A stretch of 64,000 bases of DNA from an uncultured Actinomycetes bacterium (lineage in GTDB: Bacteria > Actinomycetota > Thermoleophilia > Gaiellales > JAICJC01): assembly GCA_963701125.1 (NCBI GenBank), contig OY969568.1, positions 3,571,108-3,635,107 on the forward strand. The letters run 5' to 3'. This document shows, in pieces, positions 36,680 to 44,188 of the stretch. The notes under the pieces are model-generated. The model saw only the letters and a program-made list of their open reading frames with translations, did no database searches and was not told the origin of the DNA. The translations under genes and the position numbers were made by a program. The stretch's first letter is position 1; each line of letters opens with the position of its first letter.

Positions 36680-38158
36680 TCACGGCCGGCGTTCGGGGTC
36701 TGACCCCAGTGCGGCCTCGAGCGGCGAGAGGTCGGCCAGCGGCGGCTCGCCCTCGCGCCGCCGCGGCGCGTGGCTGCGGACGAGGTCATATGCGCGGCGC
36801 GTGCCCTCGCCGAGCTCGCCCGCGCGGTCGCGCAGGTCGACGGCCTGCGCCGCCAGGTAGAGCTCGACCGCGGCGACGTAGGTGCCGAGGCGGGTCATCT
36901 CCTCGACCCGGCGGGCGGCCACGGGAGTGGGGATGACGCGATCCTCGATGCCCTCGGCGGTGGTCGACGTCGACAGGTCGAGCGTCGCCGGCATCGCCAG
37001 CAGGCGCGCCTCGGCCGCGGCGGCGCTCGCGCCGTAGACCACGATGCCGAGGCCGTCCGCGCTGGCCGAGTCGTCGTCGCGCAGGCCGGTCGGCAGTCCG
37101 CTGAACCCGGAGTGGACGAGCTTGTTCGCCCGCTCGCACGAGGCCGTGATCACGTGCGCGAGCGCGATCCGCACGTAGTCGAGGGTGATCCCGTAGGGGA
37201 CGGAATCGAAGTTCCCGTTCGAGAGCGCGCGGCCGTCCGGCGTGATGCTCGGGTTGTCGTGCGACGAGACGAGCTCGGCCTCGACGATCTCGCGGGCGTG
37301 GCGCAGAGCGTTGCGGGCAGCTGCGTGCGTCTGGGGAACGACCCTCATCGTCAGCGGATCCTGCAGGTGCCGGTGCAGTGTCCCGCCGAGCAGGCTGCCG
37401 CCGCGCAGGAGCGCCTGCAGCCGCTCGATCTCGTCGGCGATCCCGGGCACCGGGCGCGCGTCGGCGACGGCCGGGTCGAACGCCTGCACGTTGCCCAGCA
37501 TGCCCTCGAACGTGAGCGCGGCCGCCGCGTCGAAGCGGTCGAGCAGCGTGCCGGCACCGATCAGGCCGAGCGCCGACCAGCCGAGCGAGAACCCGTTCGC
37601 GTTCACGAAGGCGAGCGCCTCCTTGGCCGTCGGCTCCCACGGCGTGAGGCCGAGCCGCTCGAGCTCGCCGGACCATGTGCCCTCGCCGGTCAGGGCGGCC
37701 GCGAGGTCGGCCAGCGGACCGAGGTCTGACTGACCCAGCGAGCCCGTCGTGCGCACGTGCGGGACGAGCCCGGCGTTCAGCGCCGCGATCAGGTGATCGG
37801 CCAGCAGCGGCCGCACGCCGGAGCGCCCGCGCGCGAAGCCGGCCACCTGGGCGAGCATGACGGCGCGCACGACCCGCTCGGGCACGTCGGGGCCCGTCCC
37901 GGTGCGGTGCGAGAGCAGCATGAGCCGGTTGAACGCGAGCTGCTCGTCGCGCTTGACGGCCACGCGCTTGAGCGCGCCGACGCCGGTCGTCAGGCCGTAC
38001 ACGCGCTCGCCGCGGGCAAGGAGCGCGTCGGTCACCTCGCGGGCGCGCTCGATGCGCGCACGGGCGGCGTCGGCCAGCTCCACGCGCCGGCCGCGCACGG
38101 CGACGTCGGCCACGTCCTCGAGCGTGAGGCTCGCGTCGAGCAGGAGCGCGCCGGTCAC
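36680..38158 (-). CDS. HAL/PAL-fold (aromatic amino acid lyase family) protein lacking the Ala-Ser-Gly MIO triad
   Basis: Family-wide similarity (YGLTTGVGAL..., GSLGQSDLGPLADL, QDPLTMRVVPQ, SHDNP, NGNFDS). Canonical G-A-S-G-D-L is replaced by G-Q-S-D-L. The GTG start overlaps the upstream TGA. Confidence 0.75.
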   Translation of the reverse strand: MTGALLLDASLTLEDVADVAVRGRRVELADAARARIERAREVTDALLARGERVYGLTTGVGALKRVAVKRDEQLAFNRLMLLSHRTGTGPDVPERVVRAVMLAQVAGFARGRSGVRPLLADHLIAALNAGLVPHVRTTGSLGQSDLGPLADLAAALTGEGTWSGELERLGLTPWEPTAKEALAFVNANGFSLGWSALGLIGAGTLLDRFDAAAALTFEGMLGNVQAFDPAVADARPVPGIADEIERLQALLRGGSLLGGTLHRHLQDPLTMRVVPQTHAAARNALRHAREIVEAELVSSHDNPSITPDGRALSNGNFDSVPYGITLDYVRIALAHVITASCERANKLVHSGFSGLPTGLRDDDSASADGLGIVVYGASAAAAEARLLAMPATLDLSTSTTAEGIEDRVIPTPVAARRVEEMTRLGTYVAAVELYLAAQAVDLRDRAGELGEGTRRAYDLVRSHAPRRREGEPPLADLSPLEAALGSDPERRP

Positions 38159-39257
38159 GATGTCCGGAAGAACGGCTCGCCGAGCGCCTCGACCCGCACG
38201 GTCACGCCGAGGCCCGGCGCGGCCGGCGCGGCGCGGCGGCCGCCCTGCGGCTCGGGCAGGCCGTCGGCGTTTTGCGATCGTGACCCAGTCGGTGAAGTCG
38301 ACGGTGTGGGCGCGGTTGGGCTCGGGGGTCGAGTGCGACAGGTGCAGCATGGCGGCGGTGTCGATCGTAGCCCCGCCGGTGTCCTCGACCGTCACGGTCA
38401 TGCCGAGCTCGACCGCCGCGTCGCGCATGGCCGCCGCCCGCGTGACCCCGCCGACACGCGCGAGCTTGATCGTGACGCCGTCGGCTCCCGCCTCGCGCCG
38501 GGCGCGCACGAGCTCCGGGAGCGACACGATCGACTCGTCGAGCACGAGCGGATGGCTGCAGTGGGCGCGCAGCGCCGCGCACTCCTCGAGGGTCGCGCAC
38601 GGCTGCTCGAGCGTGTGGTCGATGTTCTCGGTCGCGCGCATGAACCGCCGCGCGGCCGACGTCGTCCAGCCGCCGTTTGCGTCGGCGAAGAGGACGATGT
38701 CCGGGCCGACGGCGTCACGCACGGCGCCGAGCCGGGCCGCGTCTGCGGCCGGGTCGCCGCCGACCTTGATCTGCAGCCGCCGGTAGCCGGCGCCGACGTG
38801 GCTGCGTGCGCGCTCCACGACATCGTCGAGCGTCGCCGGGCGAGATCGAGCGGTAGAGGTCGACCGCCGCCCCGAAACGGCCGCCGAGGGCCTCGCACAG
38901 CGGCTGGCCGTGCAGGCGCGCGGTCGCGTCCCAGCAGGCCATGTCGAGCGCCGACTTGACGTACGGCTGGCCGCGCATGGCGGCGTCCATGAGCTGCACG
39001 ATCCGGCGCGGCTGGCGGGGGTCTGCGCCCACGACGTGCGGGGCGAGCAGGACGATGCCGGCGCGGGCGCCCTCGGCGAACGCGTCGGCGTAGAAGGCGC
39101 CGAGCGGTGCCATCTCGCCCCAGCCGGTCACACCCTCGTCGGTGTCCACCGCGACGACGAGCGAGTCGAAGCCGTCGGTCGCGCCGCCCGACGTCGAGTA
39201 GGGGCCGGCCGCGAACGGCTGCAGCTGGCGGTATGCGCGGACGCCGCTGATGCGCAT
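38155..39257 (-). pseudogene. Enolase-superfamily (MR/MLE) enzyme interrupted by two +1 frameshifts
   Basis: The N-domain (VTGWGEM...KSALDMACWD) is in ORF 38715..39536, and the barrel (QIKVGG, DANGGW, LEQP, LDES, IKLARVGG) in ORF 36680..38818. The C-terminus (NADGLPEP...APGLGVTVRVEAL) is in a third frame. Breaks lie near 38845 and 38270. Confidence 0.8.
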
Positions 39258-39267
39258 CGAGGCGCGA

Positions 39268-40704
39268 CTAGTCCCCGAGCTCCGCGCGGCGGCGCACGAC
39301 GTAGGCATCGAGCTGCGCCCGCACGTCGGGATCGAGCGGCGGCTGCTCGTAGGACTCGATCGTCGCGCGCCAGATCTCGCCCGCCCGCTCGGCCGCGTCG
39401 CGCGAGCCCTTCGACTTCCACCGCTCGAAGTTCTCGGTCGAGGACAGGAGCGGCCGGTAGAAGCAGGTGCGGAACCGCTCCAGCGTGTGCGCGGCGCCCA
39501 GGAAGTGCCCGCCGTGGCCGACCTCCTCATGCGCACCGTAGGCCAGGCTCGCCTCGTCCACCTCGAGCGGCGTGAACTCCTCCTGCAGCATCCGCAGCAT
39601 CTCGATGTCGATGATGAACTTCTCGTAGGAGGCCACGAGCCCGGACTCGAGCCAGCCGGCCGCGTGCTCGACGTAGTTGGCGCCCGCCAGGAACGCGGGC
39701 AGCATCGTGTTCAGCCCCTCGTAGGCCGCCTGCGCGTCAGGCGTCTGGCTCGACGTGAGGAAGCCGCCGCCGGCCCGCCACGGCACGCCGAAGCGGCGCG
39801 CCACCTGGCCCGAGCAGAGCAGGCCCATCGCCGACTCGGGGCCGCCGAACCCGGGCGATCCCGACTGCATGTCGGTGTGGGACAGGAACGAGCCGAGCAC
39901 GACGGGCGCGCCCGGGCGCACGAGCTGCGCGAGCGCCAGGCCGGCCAGCGCCTCGGCCGTCTGCTGCACAAGCGCCGCCGGCACCGATGCCGGCGACATC
40001 GCGCCCATGAGCAGGAACGGCGTGATGATCACCGCCTGCCCGGCCTCGGCGTAGATCGTCATCGCCTCGAGCATGCGGGTGTCGTAGCGAAGCGGCGAGT
40101 TGGCGTTGACGACGCCGAACATGCGCACCTCGCCGTCGGCGGGGCCGCCGTGCAGGATGTCGGTCATCGCGACCGAGTCCGCCGCGGCGTCCTGCGAGAT
40201 GACCGCGCCCATGTACGGCTTGTCCGTGAGCGTCTGCACGGCGAGCAGCATGTCGAGGTGACGCGAGTCGAGCGGGCGGTCGCCCGGCTCGCAGCAGAGG
40301 CCGCCCGGCGTGTCCAGCTGGTCGAACGACTGGCTCAGCCGGCAGAACTGCTCGAAGTCGTGCATCGTCGCCTCGCGGCGGTCCGCGCCCTCACGCACGA
40401 ACGGCGGCCCCTGGGTGGGGGCGAAGAACATGTGCCGGCCGCCCACGTGCACGCTCCGATCCGGGTTGCGCGCGACCAGCGGGAACTCCCGCGGCGTCGT
40501 CGCGACCTGCTCGAGCACCCAGTCGGGGTCGAAGCGCACGACCGAGTCCTCGACCCGCTGCCCCGCGGCGCGGAAGCGATCGAGCGACTCGTCGTGCAGG
40601 AACTCGATCCCGATGTCGGACAGGAGCCGCCGCCAGCCGCGCTCGAGCACGGCCATCGCATCCTCCGAGAGGATGTCGTAGCGGGGCATGTCGTTTCGGA
40701 ACAT
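39268..40704 (-). CDS. MttB-superfamily methyltransferase, non-pyrrolysine type (quaternary-amine/betaine methyltransferase-like)
   Basis: 478 aa with an uninterrupted frame and no internal TAG. Similar to trimethylamine methyltransferase family proteins along its whole length (from memory). Its start overlaps the kinase stop. Confidence 0.75.
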   Translation of the reverse strand: MFRNDMPRYDILSEDAMAVLERGWRRLLSDIGIEFLHDESLDRFRAAGQRVEDSVVRFDPDWVLEQVATTPREFPLVARNPDRSVHVGGRHMFFAPTQGPPFVREGADRREATMHDFEQFCRLSQSFDQLDTPGGLCCEPGDRPLDSRHLDMLLAVQTLTDKPYMGAVISQDAAADSVAMTDILHGGPADGEVRMFGVVNANSPLRYDTRMLEAMTIYAEAGQAVIITPFLLMGAMSPASVPAALVQQTAEALAGLALAQLVRPGAPVVLGSFLSHTDMQSGSPGFGGPESAMGLLCSGQVARRFGVPWRAGGGFLTSSQTPDAQAAYEGLNTMLPAFLAGANYVEHAAGWLESGLVASYEKFIIDIEMLRMLQEEFTPLEVDEASLAYGAHEEVGHGGHFLGAAHTLERFRTCFYRPLLSSTENFERWKSKGSRDAAERAGEIWRATIESYEQPPLDPDVRAQLDAYVVRRRAELGD

Positions 40705-42095
40705 CAGCGCACCGGCCCGCGGCCGGCGGCGGGGAGGGAGATGCCGAAGGTGGTGGATCCCGGCTGCGATCGCACCGTGATCGCACCTCGGTGGCCGATG
40801 ACGATCCGCCGCGCGATGTCGAGGCCGAGGCCGCTGCCGTCGCCGACCGACTTCGTCGTGAAGAAGGGCTCGAAGATGCGCGACTGGACCTCGGCGGGAA
40901 TGCCGGGGCCGTCGTCTGCGATCTCGACCAGGATGTCGTCGCCGAGCGCCCGGGTCGTGATCGTGATCGTGCCCCTGGGCCGGCCGGCGAGGGCGTCGAG
41001 GGCGTTCGTGAGCAGGTTCGTCCACACCTGGTTCAGCTCGGAGCCGTGCACGGTCACGGGCGGAAGGGTGCGGTCATAGCTGCGCTCGATCTTCACGGGC
41101 TCGTGCTTGATGCGGAACTTCAGCATGGTCAGCGTGCTGTCCAGGCCGTCGTGCACATCGACGTCCTCGACCGCGGCCCGGTCCATGTGCGTGTAGTCCT
41201 TGATCGCGGCCACGAGCTCGGAGATCCGCGCGGTCGACTCGTGCAGCTCGCCGACGAGCGTGTGGGCGGTGAGCGACGCCGCCACCCACTCGAGGGCCGG
41301 GCCGGTCGCCGGCCCCGCGGCCGTCGCCACCTGCTCGAGCCACTCCTCGTTCAGGCAGGCCCGGGCCAGCGGCTCGGCCAGCCGCCAGCCCTCCTGGCCC
41401 ATGTCGTCGAGCAGGACGGCCAGCCGGTCTTCGCGGTCGGCCGAGGCGACCGAGCCGTCGCCCTCGCCGGCGCGCGCGAGCGCGGACTGCTGCAGCGCGA
41501 CCAGCCGGGCGGCGTCCTCGCGCTCGACGCCGCTCGACACGAAATGGTGCACCGTGTCCTGCAGCGTCGCGAGCGCCTCACCGAGCTCGGTGGCCGTCCG
41601 CCGTGCCGCCGCCGCCGGGTTGTTCAGCTCGTGGGCGAGGCCGGCCGAGAGCGTGCCGAGCGCCGCGAGCTTCTCCTGCTGGCGCACGAGCGCGTCGGCC
41701 GCCTGGGCGATCGGCGCGATCAGGCGCACGGCGGTGCGCATCGCGCTCGGCGTTTCGCGCAGGAACGATCGGAACGTGGCGGCGTCCCAGGTCAGGAGCC
41801 GCACGTCGGTCGTCGCGTGGCCGCTCGCGAGCAGGGGGTCGCCGGTGAGCAGGTTGGCGGCGCCCGCGTAGGTGGGCGCCTCGCGCTCGCTCAGGAACAC
41901 GTCGACGCCGTTGATGCAGCGCGTCCACTCGACGCGGCCTTCGACGACGACCGAGAAGCGCTCGAGCTTCGTGCCTTCGGTGAAGAGCGCCTCGCCGATC
42001 CCGAGGTGCGCCTCCTGTCCTTGCGCGGCGAACGCGGTCAGCGCGTCGGGATCGACGCCCTCGAAGAGGTCGAGCTGCTCGAGCACCTCGATCAC
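40704..42095 (-). CDS. Sensor histidine kinase with an N-terminal CAP/cNMP-binding-like domain
   Basis: CAP beta-barrel-like N-terminus, H-box LAHELNNP, N box WTNLLTNALDA, G boxes DDGPGI and GSGLGL. No TM segment. Confidence 0.8.
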   Translation of the reverse strand: MIEVLEQLDLFEGVDPDALTAFAAQGQEAHLGIGEALFTEGTKLERFSVVVEGRVEWTRCINGVDVFLSEREAPTYAGAANLLTGDPLLASGHATTDVRLLTWDAATFRSFLRETPSAMRTAVRLIAPIAQAADALVRQQEKLAALGTLSAGLAHELNNPAAAARRTATELGEALATLQDTVHHFVSSGVEREDAARLVALQQSALARAGEGDGSVASADREDRLAVLLDDMGQEGWRLAEPLARACLNEEWLEQVATAAGPATGPALEWVAASLTAHTLVGELHESTARISELVAAIKDYTHMDRAAVEDVDVHDGLDSTLTMLKFRIKHEPVKIERSYDRTLPPVTVHGSELNQVWTNLLTNALDALAGRPRGTITITTRALGDDILVEIADDGPGIPAEVQSRIFEPFFTTKSVGDGSGLGLDIARRIVIGHRGAITVRSQPGSTTFGISLPAAGRGPVR

Positions 42096-43777
42096 ACGGC
42101 CGCCGCCAGGTACTCGTGCACGAAGTGCACCGCCATCGAGCCCTCGCCGACGGCCGAGGCGACCCGCTTCATCGACTCGCTGCGCACGTCGCCGGCCACG
42201 AACACGCCCGCCATGCTCGTCTCGAGCAGGTAGGGGTCGCGGTCGAGGCGCCAGCGCGGCCGCACCTCCTCGCGCAGCACCTCGGCGCCCGCGAGCACGA
42301 AGCCGCGCCCGTCGCGGGCGACGCCGTCGGGCAGCCAGTCGGTCTGCGGGCGGGCGCCGATGAAGACGAACATGGCCGCGAGTTCGACCTCGTCCTCGGC
42401 GCCGGTGACCGTGTCGCGCACCGTGACCCGCTCGAGCGAGTCGCTGCCGTGGGCCGCGGTGACCTCGCCGTTCAGGCGCACGTCGATGTTGGGCGTGGCC
42501 TCGATGGTGTCGATCAGGTAGCGCGACATGCTCTTCGCAAGGCTCGTGCCGCGGTAGAGCAGCGTCACCCGCTGGGCGTAGCCGGCGAAGTAGATCGCCG
42601 CCTGGCCGGCCGAGTTGGCGCCGCCCACGACGACGACGTGCTCGTCGCGGCACGACACGCCCTCGCTGCGCGAGCCGCCGTAGTAGACGCCGCGGCCCGA
42701 GAGCGCCTCGATGCCGGGGGCGTCGAGCCGGCGGTAGTCCACGCCGGTGGCGATGATGATGGCCTTGGCGCCCAGCTGGTCGTGCCCGGCCAGGTGCACG
42801 AGCCGCGCCGGGCCGCGCTCGTCGATCGCCGTCACCTCCTGCACGGTCAGGAGCTCGGCGCCGAAGCGGGTCGCCTGCGCCGTCGCACGGCGGGCGAGGT
42901 CGGCGCCGGAGAGCCCCACCGGGAAGCCGAGGTAGTTCTCGATCCGCGAGCTCTGACCGGCCTGGCCGCCGGGCGCCTCGCGCTCGATCAGCGCGGTGCG
43001 CAGGCCCTCGGACGCGCCGTACACCGCCGCGGCGAGGCCGGCCGGGCCGCCGCCCACGATCACGAGGTCGTAGAACTCGAGCTCGGCGCGGCGGCGGACA
43101 CCGGCCCGCTCGGCCAGCTCCGCCACCGTCGGCCCGTGCAGCACGCCGCCGTCGGGGAAGAGCACGAGCGGCAGCGCCGCCGACCCGTCGGCCGCCGCCA
43201 GCAGGCGTTGCCCCTCGTCGTCGCGCTCGACGTCGAGCCAGCGGTAGGGCACCTGGTTTCGGGCCAGGAAGTCGCGGGCGTCATGTGACTCGCGCGACCA
43301 CCGGTGGCCGACCACCTGGATGCGGTCGGCGTCGGCGGGCGCGTCGGCCTTCCAGGCGTCGAGCAGGTCGTCGAGCACCGGGTAGAGCTGCTCGTCGGGC
43401 GGATCCCACGGCTTCAGCAGATAGTGGTCGAGCGAGACGCGGTTGATCGCGTCGATGGCCGCCTGGGTGTCGGCATACGCGGTGAGGAGCACGCGTTTGG
43501 CCTCGGGGGCGACGCGCATCGCCTCCTCGAGGAACTCGACGCCCGACATCTCCGGCATGCGCTGGTCGGCGAGCAGGAGCGCGACCGCGGCACCGCGCAG
43601 CTTTGACTCGCGGACGGCTGCGAGCGCCGCCTCGCCGCTCTCGGCGCGCAGGATGCGATAGTCGCGCCCGTAGCGCCGGCGCAGGTCGCGCTCGACCGCC
43701 CGCGCGACCGACGGCTCGTCGTCGACGGCGAGCAGCACGGGGCGTGCGCCCTCGCGCGTCTCGGGAACGCTGCTCAC
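42092..43777 (-). CDS. Fused response-regulator receiver / thioredoxin-fold linker / thioredoxin-reductase-like flavoprotein
   Basis: Receiver (LLAVDDEP, LLLADQRMPEMSG, LLTAY, KPW), two Rossmann motifs (VIVGGGPAGL, VVVGGANSAG) and GVFVAGDV. The whole protein has a single Cys and no CxxC. Confidence 0.85.
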   Translation of the reverse strand: MSSVPETREGARPVLLAVDDEPSVARAVERDLRRRYGRDYRILRAESGEAALAAVRESKLRGAAVALLLADQRMPEMSGVEFLEEAMRVAPEAKRVLLTAYADTQAAIDAINRVSLDHYLLKPWDPPDEQLYPVLDDLLDAWKADAPADADRIQVVGHRWSRESHDARDFLARNQVPYRWLDVERDDEGQRLLAAADGSAALPLVLFPDGGVLHGPTVAELAERAGVRRRAELEFYDLVIVGGGPAGLAAAVYGASEGLRTALIEREAPGGQAGQSSRIENYLGFPVGLSGADLARRATAQATRFGAELLTVQEVTAIDERGPARLVHLAGHDQLGAKAIIIATGVDYRRLDAPGIEALSGRGVYYGGSRSEGVSCRDEHVVVVGGANSAGQAAIYFAGYAQRVTLLYRGTSLAKSMSRYLIDTIEATPNIDVRLNGEVTAAHGSDSLERVTVRDTVTGAEDEVELAAMFVFIGARPQTDWLPDGVARDGRGFVLAGAEVLREEVRPRWRLDRDPYLLETSMAGVFVAGDVRSESMKRVASAVGEGSMAVHFVHEYLAAAV

Positions 43778-44055
43778 GCCCCTCCCGCGACGGTGAAGAC
43801 CACCTCGTCGGTGTAGCACCAGAACCAGTCCTCGCCTGGCTCGGCCGACCGGATCACGACGTGGCCGCTCGAGTTGACGTGCGCGGTCGCGTGCCGGTTG
43901 GGCGAGGAGTCGCAGCAGCCGATGTGGCCGCAGGTCGTGCACATCCGCAGGTGCAGCCAGCGCGAGCCCATCGCCAGGCACTCCTCGCACCCGGCGATCG
44001 TCTCCGGAAGCTCGGTCACCTCGATCTGATCCATATGGGTGCAGGTTTCCGCCAC
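43774..44055 (-). CDS. UBP-type zinc-finger protein
   Basis: CTHMD...CEECL...WLHLRMCTTCGHIGCCDSSPNRHATAH...GH pattern. Its TGA stop overlaps the GTG start of the downstream RR/TrxR-like gene (GTGA). Confidence 0.8.
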   Translation of the reverse strand: MAETCTHMDQIEVTELPETIAGCEECLAMGSRWLHLRMCTTCGHIGCCDSSPNRHATAHVNSSGHVVIRSAEPGEDWFWCYTDEVVFTVAGGA

Positions 44056-44141
44056 GTGGGCCCCCCTTGTCGGCGCGGTCGAATTCTTCGACCGATGCCT
44101 ACCACAACCGCGGCGGGGATGCGCGGCGGATCCCGGCGTTT

Positions 44142-44178
44142 GGGGACTGTCCCCGGTTTGCGGGGACAGTCCCCGGTT
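44142..44178. repeat. Doublet of the 13-bp palindrome: GGGGACTGTCCCCggtt tgc GGGGACAGTCCCCggtt
   Basis: Read directly. It lies between the MCP 3' end and the zf-UBP operon start. Confidence 0.9.
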
Positions 44179-44188
44179 CTCGGGATGC

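Noticed and set aside
39268-40704. Pyrrolysine (in-frame TAG) in the MttB-family gene
   Set aside because: The reading frame is continuous with no internal TAG, and no pyl genes are in the window. It is the non-Pyl type.
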